Assembly (NCBI GenBank): GCA_964016885.1
Contig: OZ024740.1
Coordinates: forward strand, 82,956,001 to 83,020,000
From: Eledone cirrhosa
Lineage: Eukaryota
Length of the DNA: 64,000 nt
Direction of reading: 5' to 3'
Positions 41,125 to 53,513 of the stretch are shown here, piece after piece. Below the pieces are notes generated by a model, which saw only the letters and a program-made list of their open reading frames with translations, made no database searches and had not been told where the DNA came from. Made by a program: the position numbers and the translations under genes. Every line of letters starts with the position of its first letter. Positions within the stretch are counted from its first letter, which is position 1.

Positions 41125-42411
41125 ATGTTCTTTACTATCTTAAATTGCAACATAGTTAACCTTAATATTATTAAGAACAATATACGTAATCTCTTTAACC
41201 AACATAACTTAAACATTGAATTTGATAACACCATCAAACTAGCTAATTTCTTGGGTGTATCTCTTAATCTTGACACTGGCCTATATTACCCTTACCATAA
41301 AAACAATGAGAACCTAAATTATGTTAATTTTAAATTTAACCACCCCACTAATATTAAGAATGCTATAGTTAGTAATATTGGAAAAATAATATCTAACCTA
41401 TCTTCTAATAAAAACATCTTTGATGCTAACGCCAATTACTATAATAACGCGCTTTCTAAAGCCGGCTATCCTGATAAAATCAAATATAGTAAAGAAACAA
41501 ATTCTAGAAGATCTTACAGTAGAATAATTAATCATAATCATTCCAATAACTTTAATAAAAGACCTAGATACAAAAACATAATCTGGTATAATGCTCCTTT
41601 CTCCTTCTCTATTAATAATAATATTCCTAAATTATTCTTTAGTGCCTAAAATAAATGCTTCCCTCCCTCACATATCTATAGTAAAATATTTAACAAACAC
41701 ACTATAACATTTTCCAACATTATCTCTAAACACAACAATAAAATACTAAATACTAAATCTCTTCCTTCCAACACTGAATATCATAATAATAGTAATAGTA
41801 CTCTCGACGTCATTGTAAACTCTAGGCTAAGTTCTGCAAACCCAAATACAACGTCAAACACAACTTCGCTAAATGTTCTTAATCCCATTCTAAATCAAGA
41901 AACTATTATTCCTATCGTAAATAACTTCTCCAATCCAATTCCTTCTATAGATAACACTAGGTCACTCGTTAATAACTCTGCTAATCTCTCTAGTCGCAAT
42001 TGCAATTGCCCTGTTAAAAATAAATGTACTCTCAACAACCATTGTCTTTAAAAAAACTTAATCTACGAATGTAAAGTTATAACTGACACCAATTCCTTCA
42101 CCTATTTTGGCTCCACTTCCACCTCCATTAAAGTTCGTCTTTACAATCATCATTCGTCTTTTAAATACCAACTTAAAAGAACCAACACGGCACTCTCAGA
42201 ACTCATATGGTCCTTGAAAGACAAAAATATTAAATATAACATCTCTTGGATAAAGGTTTCTTCTGCTTCTCCATACTTGAATTGCAATCTCTGTTTAAAT
42301 GAACAATTTACCATTATATCTAATTTAGATTCTATAATAAATAGACGCACTGACTTGCTTTCTCTCTGCTTGCATAAATTCCACAGAACATTCCATAAAG
42401 TATACAGCTAA
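41125..42411 (+). pseudogene. PLE-2 RT C-terminus and GIY-YIG endonuclease, disrupted
   Basis: ORFs 41125-41649 and 42214-42411 are homologous to the PLE-1 C-terminal half. Confidence 0.85.
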
Positions 42412-43379
42412 TATCTAATACTTTATCAATTTAAAATCCTTTTCTCAAAGGCACACACATATATATATATACTTCTTTAAAAATATACCCATCTTTCTAC
42501 CTTATTTCAAAGTTATTTATTATACATTATATAATACTAGTTACTCATTCTATATCACTCCTATTTATCACTTCCCTATCTTCCTTTTCCTTCTGTTTTC
42601 CTTTTTCTTTTAATTTCTAACCTATAATCTGTACTTTTCTCATTGTGCCTAACATAGAAACAATTATTACACAGTACAATATATTCTTACTTTATATCAC
42701 CTTGAAAAAATCCTTCGTAAACATAACTATTTTTTTGATGTTAGATTATTCATCCTCAATTCATTATTTTTTTCTCCCTTTCATGTTCATCTAACTTATT
42801 CATCCTATCTTCTACTTCTTTCACAATATATCCTTACTTAAATTACTATTGCTTTTTTTAATAATACATATCAACATTTTCTTTCCATCGCACATATTAT
42901 TAAACCCTTAAATATTATTCTTAATATATATTAACATTTTCTTTCCATCGCACATAGTATTGAACCCTTAAATAGTATTCTTAATACATATAAACAATTT
43001 CTTTTCATCGCACATATTATTAAACCCTTCAATATACAAACCTTAACTTAACATTATTTTTCTCTTCGTTAATTTTCAAATTCTTTTAATTTATGTATTA
43101 TCTTCCAACGGTTTTCAACCTCTCTATGTAAAACAATATATTTTTCTCAGTTATAAAAGCTATCTCTCTCTCTCTATCACCCATCTCTCCTCCTATCTCA
43201 TCCCGCCTCCTTATACTCCTCCCCCTCCACTTTTTACTCTCATCTCCTCCCCTTTTTCATCCCCCCCCCCTCACATTTTTTTTTCCCAATATCAGACATC
43301 AATCTAAAACTACTTTTCATATGTTGATTTAAAACTGCACTATTCACAAGTGTTTTTTAACCTTCATATCATGTCTTCC

Positions 43380-43450
43380 TATTTTATCTGATGAAAACAC
43401 AAATGTTATTGCATGATGATATTTGTTTTTGAAATGCGCATAATAAAATA
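43380..43450 (+). ncRNA. Minimal type I hammerhead (PLE-2 3' terminus)
   Basis: TATTTTAT-CTGATGA-stem II-GAAA-TGCGCA-TA-ATAAAATA. Confidence 0.85.
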
Positions 43451-43477
43451 CATAGAAATCATTTAACCATCTTTTGA

Positions 43478-43517
<40 letters not shown>

Positions 43518-44029
43518 CTATATATATGCATTACTGTATATTTATATAAGATATGGTGACGTGTGAATGGACCTGTTTTATCTCTAGAAATGTGTTTTCG
43601 TTTCTACCACTGCACAGTCTCCTCTGTCTTTCTATATCAACTTTCATATATCAATCTATTGTTCTAGCGTCCGAAACCTTAAGAAGCTCTTGCTACTATA
43701 ACAAGCCAAAAATTGTAATATAGTTCTTAATTGTCTTGTGTCGTTTTCCTTGTTATATATGTTTGTCTTTTGCATATAGGTGCAATAAAATTGCGTCCGT
43801 AGGCGGTACCCAAGGTGAGCACACGTTGTTCGTGCAGAGCAGAGCATATTAGTATAAGAATAAAGAAACAAAGAGTCAGCGTTGCATCATCACATATTTA
43901 ATAGCATATTACATATGCTTCACAGTCAATCTGATTTTCAAGCATATCTGAGGTTCTTTCGATTCCAGAGTCTGGTTCCATCATTAATGGGTCGTTCCTC
44001 TAGCTGATCGACATGGAAACATCTGTGTA

Positions 44030-44116
44030 ATGTCATTAAAAATATTATGATGCAACATTGATTCTTTGTTATTTTTTCTTATACTATCTATCTATATCTC
44101 ACTCTATCTCTCTCTC

Positions 44117-44173
<57 letters not shown>

Positions 44174-44378
44174 AAAAGATAATAAACAGAAATATCAACA
44201 CAATTGGTACAGTATATAGACGGAATATTTTAGGTTAGCACTTGAAATACCAGGAAATAGGGTCTTAACGTTTTGGACGCTATTCCTTCATTAGAAGAAA
44301 GAAGGATAAATTAGAAACATGCCATTAAATATGTTATGATGCAACACTGATATTTTGTTATATTATTCTTATACTATG

Positions 44379-44456
<78 letters not shown>

Positions 44457-44689
44457 TGTGTCTGTGTGCCTGTGTGTGTGTATGTGTATGTGTATGTGTA
44501 GGTGTGTGTGTAAAAGATAATAAACAGAAATAACAACACAATTGGTACAGTATATAGAAGGAATATTTTAGGTTAGCGCTTTTAGGTTAGCGCTTGAAAT
44601 AGCAGGAATAGGGTCTAAGCGTTTTGGATGCTACTCCTTCATTAGAAGAAATGATGCAACACTGATTTTTTGTTATATTATTCTTATAC

Positions 44690-44771
<82 letters not shown>

Positions 44772-45022
44772 TGTGGGGGGGGGGCGTGTGTGTGTGTGTG
44801 CGTGTGTAAAAGATAATAAACAGAAATAACAACACAATTGGTGCAGTATATAGAAGGAATATTTTAGGTTAGCGCTTTTAGGTTAGCGCTTGAAAAAGCA
44901 GGAATTAGGGTCTTAACGTTTTGGATGGTACTCCTTCATTAGAAGAAAGAAGGATATATTAGAAACACGCCATTAAATATGTTATGATGCAACATTGATA
45001 TTTTGTTATTTTATTCCTATAT

Positions 45023-45076
<54 letters not shown>

Positions 45077-45250
45077 GGTGTGTGTATGTCTGTGTGTGTG
45101 TGTGTGTAAAAGGTGAACATAAATAACAACAGAATTGGTACAGTATATGGGAGGAATATTTCAGGTTAACGCTTGAATTAGCAGGAAGGTGGTCTTAACG
45201 TTTCGGACGCTAGTCCTGCATTAGAAGAAAGAAGAAGAAATTAGAAAGAT
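44030..45250 (-). repeat. Tandem array of four ~300-bp units, each with a (TA)n(TG)n tract and a degenerate minimal hammerhead
   Basis: Units start near 44032, 44321, 44651, 44969; minus-strand core TCTT-CTAATG(A/C)-AGGA(C/G/A)TA(G/C)C(G/A)TCC-(G/A)AAA-CG(T/C)T-(A/T)AGA. Confidence 0.8.
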
Positions 45251-46279
45251 TGAAGGGACGCAAAAATGTTGTTAGAGAAAAATAACAGGTCGATTCATGT
45301 TGCCATTTCTTGGAAAACTATTGATTTCTGGCGTTTTGTGTATGATATATTACACATTTTTAGAAAAGTAGAAATGTAAAAAAATAAAAAAAACGCTTCG
45401 TATAACTAGTCTATACGTGTATGTGTGTGTGTGAGTGTGTGTGATGTGTGTGTGTGTGTATGTGCGCGCGCGCGTATAAATATTGATCTCTTTGCAATAC
45501 ACGTGCATTTCATGATGGGATAATTACATTTTGTGCTCAAAGCTGGCAAAATTAAGTATCTTTTCCCAGTTTTATTTTGATATGTTTTAAAAATATTTTA
45601 CACGTTATTGGACGTCGTGTTGAACATAAATTGCGTGTGTTTTTGTATGTCACTTAAATATATTTCATGACGTTTTATGTTTGCAAGAGTTTAGGAGAGA
45701 CATTTATTTTCAATATCGATGTGAGTTATTTAATAAAACGATTCGAATTTGCTTTATCGGTGTTTGTGTAACATATATAGACATGTTTTGTTGAGCTGGA
45801 ATGAAGTGTTTTACAATATATTGTCCCGCAAGTGTTTATAAGTTGTTCGCTTACTGATTCAGAAAAGACATGTCTGTTTTAATTCGTCTATGTCATTGTT
45901 ATTCCGCATACAACTTTAATCGCAATAGACTTCCGTTCGGATATATTCCACACGACTGTTTTCTTCTGTCAGCAAGTCTTTTCTAAATATTTACCATAGC
46001 ACCAAAATAAATTCATGTAGGAAGTAAAAAAGGTCGTTGTATCAAATACCCATACCCTCATGTACGTTTATACACAGGTGTATATGAATGTATATATATA
46101 TAAATATATACGTGGGTGTGTGTGCGCGTCTGTATGTATACATATATACCACAACAGACACACATATATATATATATATATATTTATATAGAAATAGACA
46201 TATATATATTTTCTTATGTATCGTTTAATAACATTTTTTTTTAGATAACAGAATTTTAAGAACTTGTAAACGTTATTGT

Positions 46280-46404
46280 TATTCATATTGTTTACTCGAT
46301 TTTTCTGTAAAACCCCACTGTCCCAGTCTTTTGTATTGTCCCCTATATGTCGGCCCTTGTGGCCAATAAATGAAATTATTATTATTATTATTATTATTAT
46401 TATT
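46280..46404 (+). mobile_element. Short 3'-end-only Tx1 (copy B subfamily) with (ATT)n tail
   Basis: AACCCCACTG..GTATTGTCCCCTA.ATGTCGGCCCTTGTGGC.AATAAATGAAAT matches ~12240-12310. Confidence 0.85.
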
Positions 46405-46619
46405 GAATGCCATGGTTGACGGAGGCTCGGCTCTGTAAGGTATAGTAATTTTTAACCGTTAAAACAATTGTAAATTGTTTAAAACTTGAACCAAATTGTT
46501 GATAAAGACACCCTCCTCCTCGTGAGAGGGGTCTTTCTGTCCGTTATTTGGCCCTTCGGGGTTAAATAACCAGTTATTGGGGTTTTGTACCCAAAATTTC
46601 ATTTTAAACAAAAAACAAC

Positions 46620-48712
46620 ATGGCTACGAAAAAGAAATTTCATACGTCACTCCCACTCATTCCGTCTTCTTCTTCCTCAATCATCACTACAGCAGAGAGA
46701 AGATTGTCTCTCTCCCTCCCTTCTTTAAATGTGTCTCTCTCCCTCCCTTCTCTTTCGCAAGTGACGAAAGAAAAGAAAAGTCTCGTGCAAAGCGTGCAAG
46801 GTTTCTCCACGACGACGACGACAGCGACGAAACAGGTGTGCGGGAAATAAGAAAACCCAGTTCATTCGTCTGACGTCAGGAATAATAGCAGTAGCAGCCG
46901 TAATAACAACAGCAACAGTGACAATGAAAACAACAGTAGCAGCCGCAACAGCATCACCAGCAGCATAAACAACAACAGCGTTAGCAGCAGCAACACCAAC
47001 AACAACCACAGCAACAGCGGCGGAGGCAGTAGTCGTAGTACCTGCAGCAACAACAAAAGTACCAGCAACTCTGACGACAACAACAACAGCAGAGAAAAAC
47101 CAATCTCATTTGCAGGTATTGCGAAAAACTTGGAAACAATCCTCATAACAAATGAGGAATTAGAGGAAGCGAAGAAGATGGTGACAAAGAACAGACACCG
47201 AGTAATCTGCAAGGCAGCGGAAAAATTTTTCGAAACCCAAGAGCACTGTACGGTCACGTACCGTACAGTAAGTACAAAATCCCGTAGGGTGGAAAGAGCC
47301 ACAGAGGCCCAAATACAAAAAGCCTTGGGGTCTGTGTGGCAGCGGAAAACGCACATCACCCGAGGCAAAAAATATGCCACCGTAGACGTACTTTTTGCCA
47401 CACCCCAGGAGGCAAAGGCCCAATCAGTAGTGACCCTAAGGAGCGAGGAAATGGTGTTGGTGCCCTCCTACTGCGGGCAAAAAATTGTGAGGGTCAAACT
47501 GACCCACGTCCCCCCCAGAATGACCCCTTCTTGGCTGGCCGCGTCTGTCCTCGTCGGAATCGAGGACAAAACAACTGTACTGCAAGTACAGAAAAAGGTA
47601 AGAGAAGATTGGGTCGGCTCCTCCATTGAGATGCTAATCCAAACCAACCAGAAGTGCATCGAAGCTATCCCGGATGTGATAGACTTCGATAACGGCACTC
47701 AACTGCCCATAAGTGTTGAGGGCAAACGCCCGAAATGCTTTCGCTGTGGATCGAAGACTCACCTCAGGGACTTCTGCAACGAGAAGACCCTGAGAAAGGA
47801 GAAAACCCCCCTCCTTCCGAATCCGGCTCCACGGCTACCAGCAACAGGACAAGCGGCAACCAGGAACGATAGGTCCGTGGCACCCATACCCACTCCACGG
47901 AAATCAAAAACAGCAGCAGCAGTGGAATATTAACAACAACAGCAATACCAAATGCAGCTGCAACAGAGACTCCAGTGCAAACATCACCAACAACAACAAG
48001 TGAAAGAGTGGAGCTGGTACCCCTCCCCGACCTCACAGAATCAGACATGGAGTGTGAGATGGGAGAGGGATGGCAAAAGGTCGTAAGAAGGCACAAACGC
48101 AGAAGCAGCGCATCGTCGCCTTTGAAAAGGGAGGAAAGAAATGAGAAAAGGGTAAAGTCTACTGCAAAGAGACCCACAGCAGCAACACCACCAACACCAT
48201 CACCACCCACACCAGCACCACCATCACCACCGGCGACAACCCCACCGCCAACAACACCTTCAACACCACCATCACAAGCACCAACATCGCAAACACAACA
48301 ACAAAACACACACACCCAGCAACAAAGACAAGAAAATAGCAGAACCACACCCCACCCCCACAAAAACAAATGCACGGCAATAAACACACACAACAAGAAA
48401 CTAATGACTTACATAATTGAACACACAGACATTTCACAACAGGACTACATAATACCAGCACCAATCAAAACGCCAAATAACATAAGACTGCTAAAAATAG
48501 CACAGAAACAATACACAAACATTAAAACGAAATTCCCCAACGCAGTTGGTGATTTCAGGGACCTAGGAGGAACCATCAATCGAAGAGTATATTCAGACAT
48601 TCTCTTAGAAGAGCCGACGACCAGCCGAAGGGACGATTCAACGGTCCCTTCACCAGACGATCAAGTGAAAAGGGATGTAAAAACCATCCCTCCTCTACCA
48701 AAAGTACGGTAA
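46620..48712 (+). pseudogene. Tx1 copy C ORF1 (gag-like, CCHC knuckle); one stop at 46848 and a frameshift near 47930
   Basis: 46620-46850 and 47130-47933 share a frame and the gap between them is open; ISFAGIAK, EGKRPKCFRCGSKTHLRDFC. Confidence 0.85.
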
Positions 48713-48747
48713 GTGGTCTTTCCCATCTTTTCCACTCTATTTTACAC

Positions 48748-51700
48748 ATGACCTCACTCAGAATAGGCAGCATAAATGCGCGTGGCTTGGGGTCGTCATG
48801 GAAGCAGGGTCACCTGCTCAACGACCTCAGGTCACTAAACATAGATGTAGTGGCCATCAGCGAGACCAGAATCTCCGAAGCACGGGCCTTCGCACCGATC
48901 TTCGGCGGCTACGATGTGTACGCATCTCCCAGCCGTCCTGGATCCGGTGGAGGAGTTGCTGTGCTTTTTCGGAGAGGTTTGGATCTCGCCATACGGGCCA
49001 TCTTCCTGGACCCAGAGGGTAAGCTGGTGGTGCTGGACGTGACCAGCGGAGACGGGCAAGCTTTAAGGCTAGTGGCCGTCTATGCCCCGACAGGAGCAGG
49101 GCGGCCTGATTTCTTCCGGCGTCTGGAGAACTTTCTTGGAACGTCCCGCTCTTTAGTGTTAGTGGGCGACTGGAACGGGATCTTAGATGCACGCTGGGAC
49201 TGTGTGGGATTAGCGGATAGGGGTGGAGGGTGCAAGAGCCTCACCAACCTGCTCAGGCGTTTTGAACTGTCTGACAGGTACCGATTGGATTTCCCGAATG
49301 TGCCAATGTGGACTTGGACAAACCGCATAGGGTCATCCAGATCATATCTAGATAGAGTATTTTGTAGGGAAATAGATAGGTCTAGCATAGGCTGTCCACA
49401 ATTCAAGATAGTCAGCTACACGGACCACAAATTCGTGACATGTGTGCTTGACTTAGATAGGCTTCATAGACGAGGACCCGGCTACTGGAGGCTGAACGCG
49501 TCCTTACCAGCGCGCAAGGCCTACAGAGACCGGATTAGCGAACTAGTTAAGCGGGCGTTGACGGGGGCCATCGTCAACAACAAGTGGTGGTTTGCTCTGA
49601 AAAGAGCGATTAGAATAGCATCGATTAGGTTTAGTAAGGCTTTAGCAATAGAGAAAAATAGAGCAGAGGGAGAACTAGTTAGAAAATTAGACGAGGCGCT
49701 TAGCAAAGGCATTGCGACCGACGTGCTTGCGGCGAAATTGGCCCTTGACCAATTCTTCAATGCAAAGCACGAAGGCTGCATTGTCAGGGCTGTGGTGCGT
49801 GCTCTCAGACACGAGGGGACGAAAGCCGTTCAATGGACCCGAGTGGCGAAGGCGCGTCGTGGCAACAAAGCCACGATCCGGTCTTTGGTGGACCACGACG
49901 GGCGCATGCTACTCGATCCCGGGCAAATGTGTGAAGCTTTTCAGCGACACTTCGCTCAGCTGTTCGGGAGCAGCGGGGGGGCGGGTAGAGGGATGGACTT
50001 TAGTGTCTACCTCGACGGACTGCCGCGGCTCTCGGCCACTGAGGCGAAGTGTTGCGAAAAGCCGATAACAGCCGCTGAAGTAAGGGAGGCAATGACTGGC
50101 TGCGCAAGGGGTAAATCGCCTGGTTTGGATGGTCTGCCCTATGAACTTTACGTACAGATGCCAGACTTGTTCGGAGGCCTCTTGGCGGACGTCTACTGCA
50201 ACTGGCAACAGAACGGGAGAATTCCCAGTTTTGTGAGCCGAGGAGCGGTGGCACTGCTGAGAAAGGATCCGAACAAGGGGGATAGCATAGACAATTTCCG
50301 GCCATAACTCTGCTAAACACAGAGTTCAAGATTTTGGCCAAGGTGCTAGCAAAGAGGTTGGCGCTTGTCGTTGGTGGTCTGGTGGGAGAGGCGCAGACAT
50401 GCGCCATTCCCGACAGATCCATCCACGACAACCTCCACCTCATGCGATAGATCATACAGAGGGTAGCTAAGGAACCTGGCACGGGTGGGTCCTTGATCAA
50501 TTTAGATCAGTCGAAAGCTTTCGATAGGGTCGACCATCGTTACCTAGCGGCAGTCCTGAGGGCGGCTGGCTTTGGGCCCGTCTTCAGAGGCTGGATCGCT
50601 GCCATGCACAGCGACATCTGCTCTGTGGTGAGAGTGAACGGTCACCTGTCGGAACCGTTCAACATCATGCGCTCGGTCCGCCAAGGATGTCCCCTCTCGT
50701 CCCTCTTGTACGTATTGACTCTCGAGCCATTACTGCACAAACTGGAGACGTTGAGGGGCGTCCCGCGCGAACTAGGATGCGGAAGATCCGTGTCAGCATA
50801 TGCGGACGATGTCACCGTAGTGGTGTCGAACGCCAAACACATCGAGGCGATCGGCACTACACTAAGAGAATACGAAGCGGTGACAGGAGCAATGATCAAC
50901 CAGGAAAAGTCAGTGGGCCTGCAGCTCGGCACCTGGAGAGGCAGGTCCATGCCGTCCAACAGCGTCGTCGGGCGCTGGACGGACGGACCGGTTAAATTGC
51001 TAGGGGTCTGGTTCCGTCCGGACCTCCAGACGGACAAAAACTGGGACGAGGTGACGAGCAGGGTGGCTTCTCTCACCCAGAAATGGGCGGAGAGGAAGCT
51101 ATCCCTGAAAGGTCGAGCGGAGGTGGCTAACGCGTACATCGCGTCTGTCATCTGCTACCGCCTAACCGTCATACCTTGTCCTAAGCCTCGCCTGACTGCG
51201 CTGGAGCGTTTGCTCTTTCGCTATTTGTGGAAGGGACGTGCTCCGATGGTCAGGCGGTCCATCTGTTGTCAACACCCGCTACGTGGAGGGCTGGGCATGC
51301 CGTGGCTGATGATGCGCAGGCACGCGCTCAGGCTACGACATCTCCACCTCTTCCTCGACGGTGATCAGGTGTGGTCGCCGTTTGCTAGACGCGTTTTTCC
51401 CCAGCTCGTTTCCTTGACGGAGCTGCAGTCCTGGGTCAAGCGAAGACCGAGAGGGAGCGCCTAGAGACTGGAATGTCTTCAGGCGCTCACAGCCCTCGTC
51501 CAATCGGGCAATGTGATCGGTGGAAACTCCACCTCGGCGTTCTACAGAGGATTAGTGGCGGGGAAGAGCGACGACGTACTTGGGGAAACTCTAGGCATCG
51601 ACGAAAATCAACTAGCCAATCTCTTCGGAAGAACTTTCGGGCCAGGGCCTATGGACAACTTCCAGAAATCTCTGGCCTGGCAGTGCTACCGAGGAGCCTT

Positions 51701-52166
51701 ACCAGTTCGGGATAAACTCTACAGGCATGGAGGTGCCGTCAGCCGGGCATGTCCGACATGCGCGCAAGGCGACGAAACAGTCCTGCACGCACTCGTCCAG
51801 TGTCCGAAAATTGCTGACTTGTGGGTTTATGTCGAACACCTGCTGTCGCGTTTAGGACGGATCCGGCTATCATCTGAGTCCATTGTGAGGATTGCCCCGC
51901 CCTCCTCCTTTAGCCGGGAAGGGCAGGCAGTTTTTATCTGCCTGGTGGCCATGGTGAAAGAGATAGTATGGTGGACACGTTTGAAAGGGCTGAAGACGAG
52001 CACTTACCTCTTCGGTGATGCTCTGATTGACTTTTTCAAATTTCATTTGAAAAGGAAAATCAGAGTAGAGAGGGAAGTGCTCTCTTCCCAGCATTTTGTT
52101 GAAAGATGGATGAGAGAAGCAAGAATGGCTCGAGTGAATGGGCCTACTCTGAGTATATATCTGTAA
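48748..52166 (+). pseudogene. Tx1 copy C ORF2 (APE-RT-CCHC); three lesions: 1-nt deletion ~50300, TAG 50448, TAG 51462
   Basis: IGSINARGL, ISET, VGDWN, YLDR, YTDH, KSPGLDG, DQSKAFDRV, QGCPLS, YADD, GGLGMP, CPTC..ETVLHALVQC. Confidence 0.95.
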
Positions 52167-52683
52167 ATTAAAGGTGGAAAACTGGGAGAGGGCACTTGCC
52201 TTGGTGGTCAGGGTCATTGTGGCTTTTTACTGGGCTTTCTCCACAAATGTCCCTCCGAAGTCTGCCCCCTATTGGGGAATTTTTCATTGTTTTTTTTTGT
52301 TATATCCTCTGTTTTTGTTTTTTACACGCAGAAATGCCCATTTGTACCGTTCTGCATTGTCCTGCACTGTCCTTAATGTCTACTTTATGTGAACCCTTGT
52401 GGTTAATAAAGAAAACATTTTATTATTATTATTATTATTATTATTGTTATTATTATTATCATCATTTATACTTCAGGACGAGTACTTCTTAATAATAAAC
52501 GGGAAATTACTGAAGTCTACTTACATAGAATGGTCCAAGCTTACTAGCAATAGAAAAATAAGGTAAGCGAAATACTCTGCATTCCATTGCATTATCCATC
52601 ATCAGAAATGTTAAGCATTAAATGTTAAGCAGCTTGTATCGAAATATCATGTATATATTCACCACAGGGCGAAATTATAATTA

Positions 52684-52744
<61 letters not shown>

Positions 52745-52819
52745 TGTGTGTGTGTATGTATATATCTATATCTATATCTATATCTATCTATCTATCTATA
52801 TATATTTATATATATATAT

Positions 52820-53340
52820 TAAAATGAAGCATTGGAAATAGGACTATCCATCATCAGTGATCTACTAGCCATCATAGGTATTTCTTCGCAATAAAGACCA
52901 GATACCTCATGCTTTTACGAACAATAACTAAAATAAGTTATTGGGATAAAACGAATTGGGTGGAGAAAGAGAGACAGGTAAACAAACATTAATGGTGAGG
53001 CAACGTAAAGAGAGGAAAACATGGGAAAATCAAGTCAATGATTCATTTGAACATAAGAACTAGCGAATATTGACGAGAAGACAAGAGACACATCCCACCC
53101 ATGCGAAAGTAAGCGAGGAAAGAATAACGCACGGTGTGGGAGGATGGAGGAAGTGAGAGAGAGGGTGCGTAGCAGAGAGTGAGTGAGTGAAAATGTGAGG
53201 AAGAGGCTAGCCGAGAGAGGGTGACAAGCAGAGGGGGTGAATGAAAGTAAGAGGGAGAAGGAGAGAGAAGAGGGAGAGAGAAAGAGGATAGCATTAAAGG
53301 AAGAGAAAAAGAGAGGTCACAGCGAAGGGGAAAGCATATA
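52820..53340 (-). mobile_element. Old diverged copy of the 56797-58315 element family, abutting (TA)n
   Basis: TCATCAGTGATCTACTAGCCATCATAGGTATTTC aligns with TCATCAGTGACCCTCCAACCGTCCTAGGCATTTC; shared purine-rich GAGTGAGTGAAA.TGAGGA.GAGGCTA. Confidence 0.65.
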
Positions 53341-53397
53341 GGAATGATGTAACAAGACAGCACGCCATTTTTCATTCCTATGTTTTCAGCGAAGCCA

Positions 53398-53513
53398 GAT
53401 TTACACCCCGCCTTTTATATTATCTATCGCATGAGGTGGAGGCTGTCGTGTATGGACCTGGTCGGGATTGCACACGTTTGCGCTTTCTCTACCAAGTTCT
53501 CGACGACAAGAGC
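53398..53513 (-). mobile_element. Isolated internal Tx1 ORF2 fragment (~115 bp)
   Basis: Translates ALVVENLVEKAQTCAIPTRSIHDSLHLMR*, matching ~10225-10335 and ~50360-50460. Confidence 0.8.

Larger units (their letters stand above)
40585..43482 (+). mobile_element. Penelope-like element PLE-2, 5'-truncated, preceded by an inverted copy of its 3' UTR (40585-41124)
   Basis: NFLGVSLNL..YPYHK, WYNAPFS, CNCP..C, IYEC..YFGST, CNLCLNE..INRR..LCLH; 40585-41124 is the reverse complement of ~42950-43482. Confidence 0.9.
46405..52465 (+). mobile_element. Full-length Tx1/L1-clade LINE, copy C (~6.05 kb), flanked by (ATT)n on both sides
   Basis: 5' UTR 46405-46619, ORF1, ORF2, 3' UTR with AATAAA, (ATT)n tail ~52420-52465. 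Confidence 0.95.

Noticed and set aside
44030-45250. Repeat-spacer look suggesting a CRISPR array
   Set aside because: Units are ~300 bp, the variable parts are microsatellites, the context is eukaryotic and there are no cas genes
47764-48396. Hydrophobic Gly/Val-rich antisense ORFs over Tx1 ORF1 (also 356-727, 7418-8086)
   Set aside because: Shadows of A/C-rich Pro/Thr-coding sequence on the opposite strand
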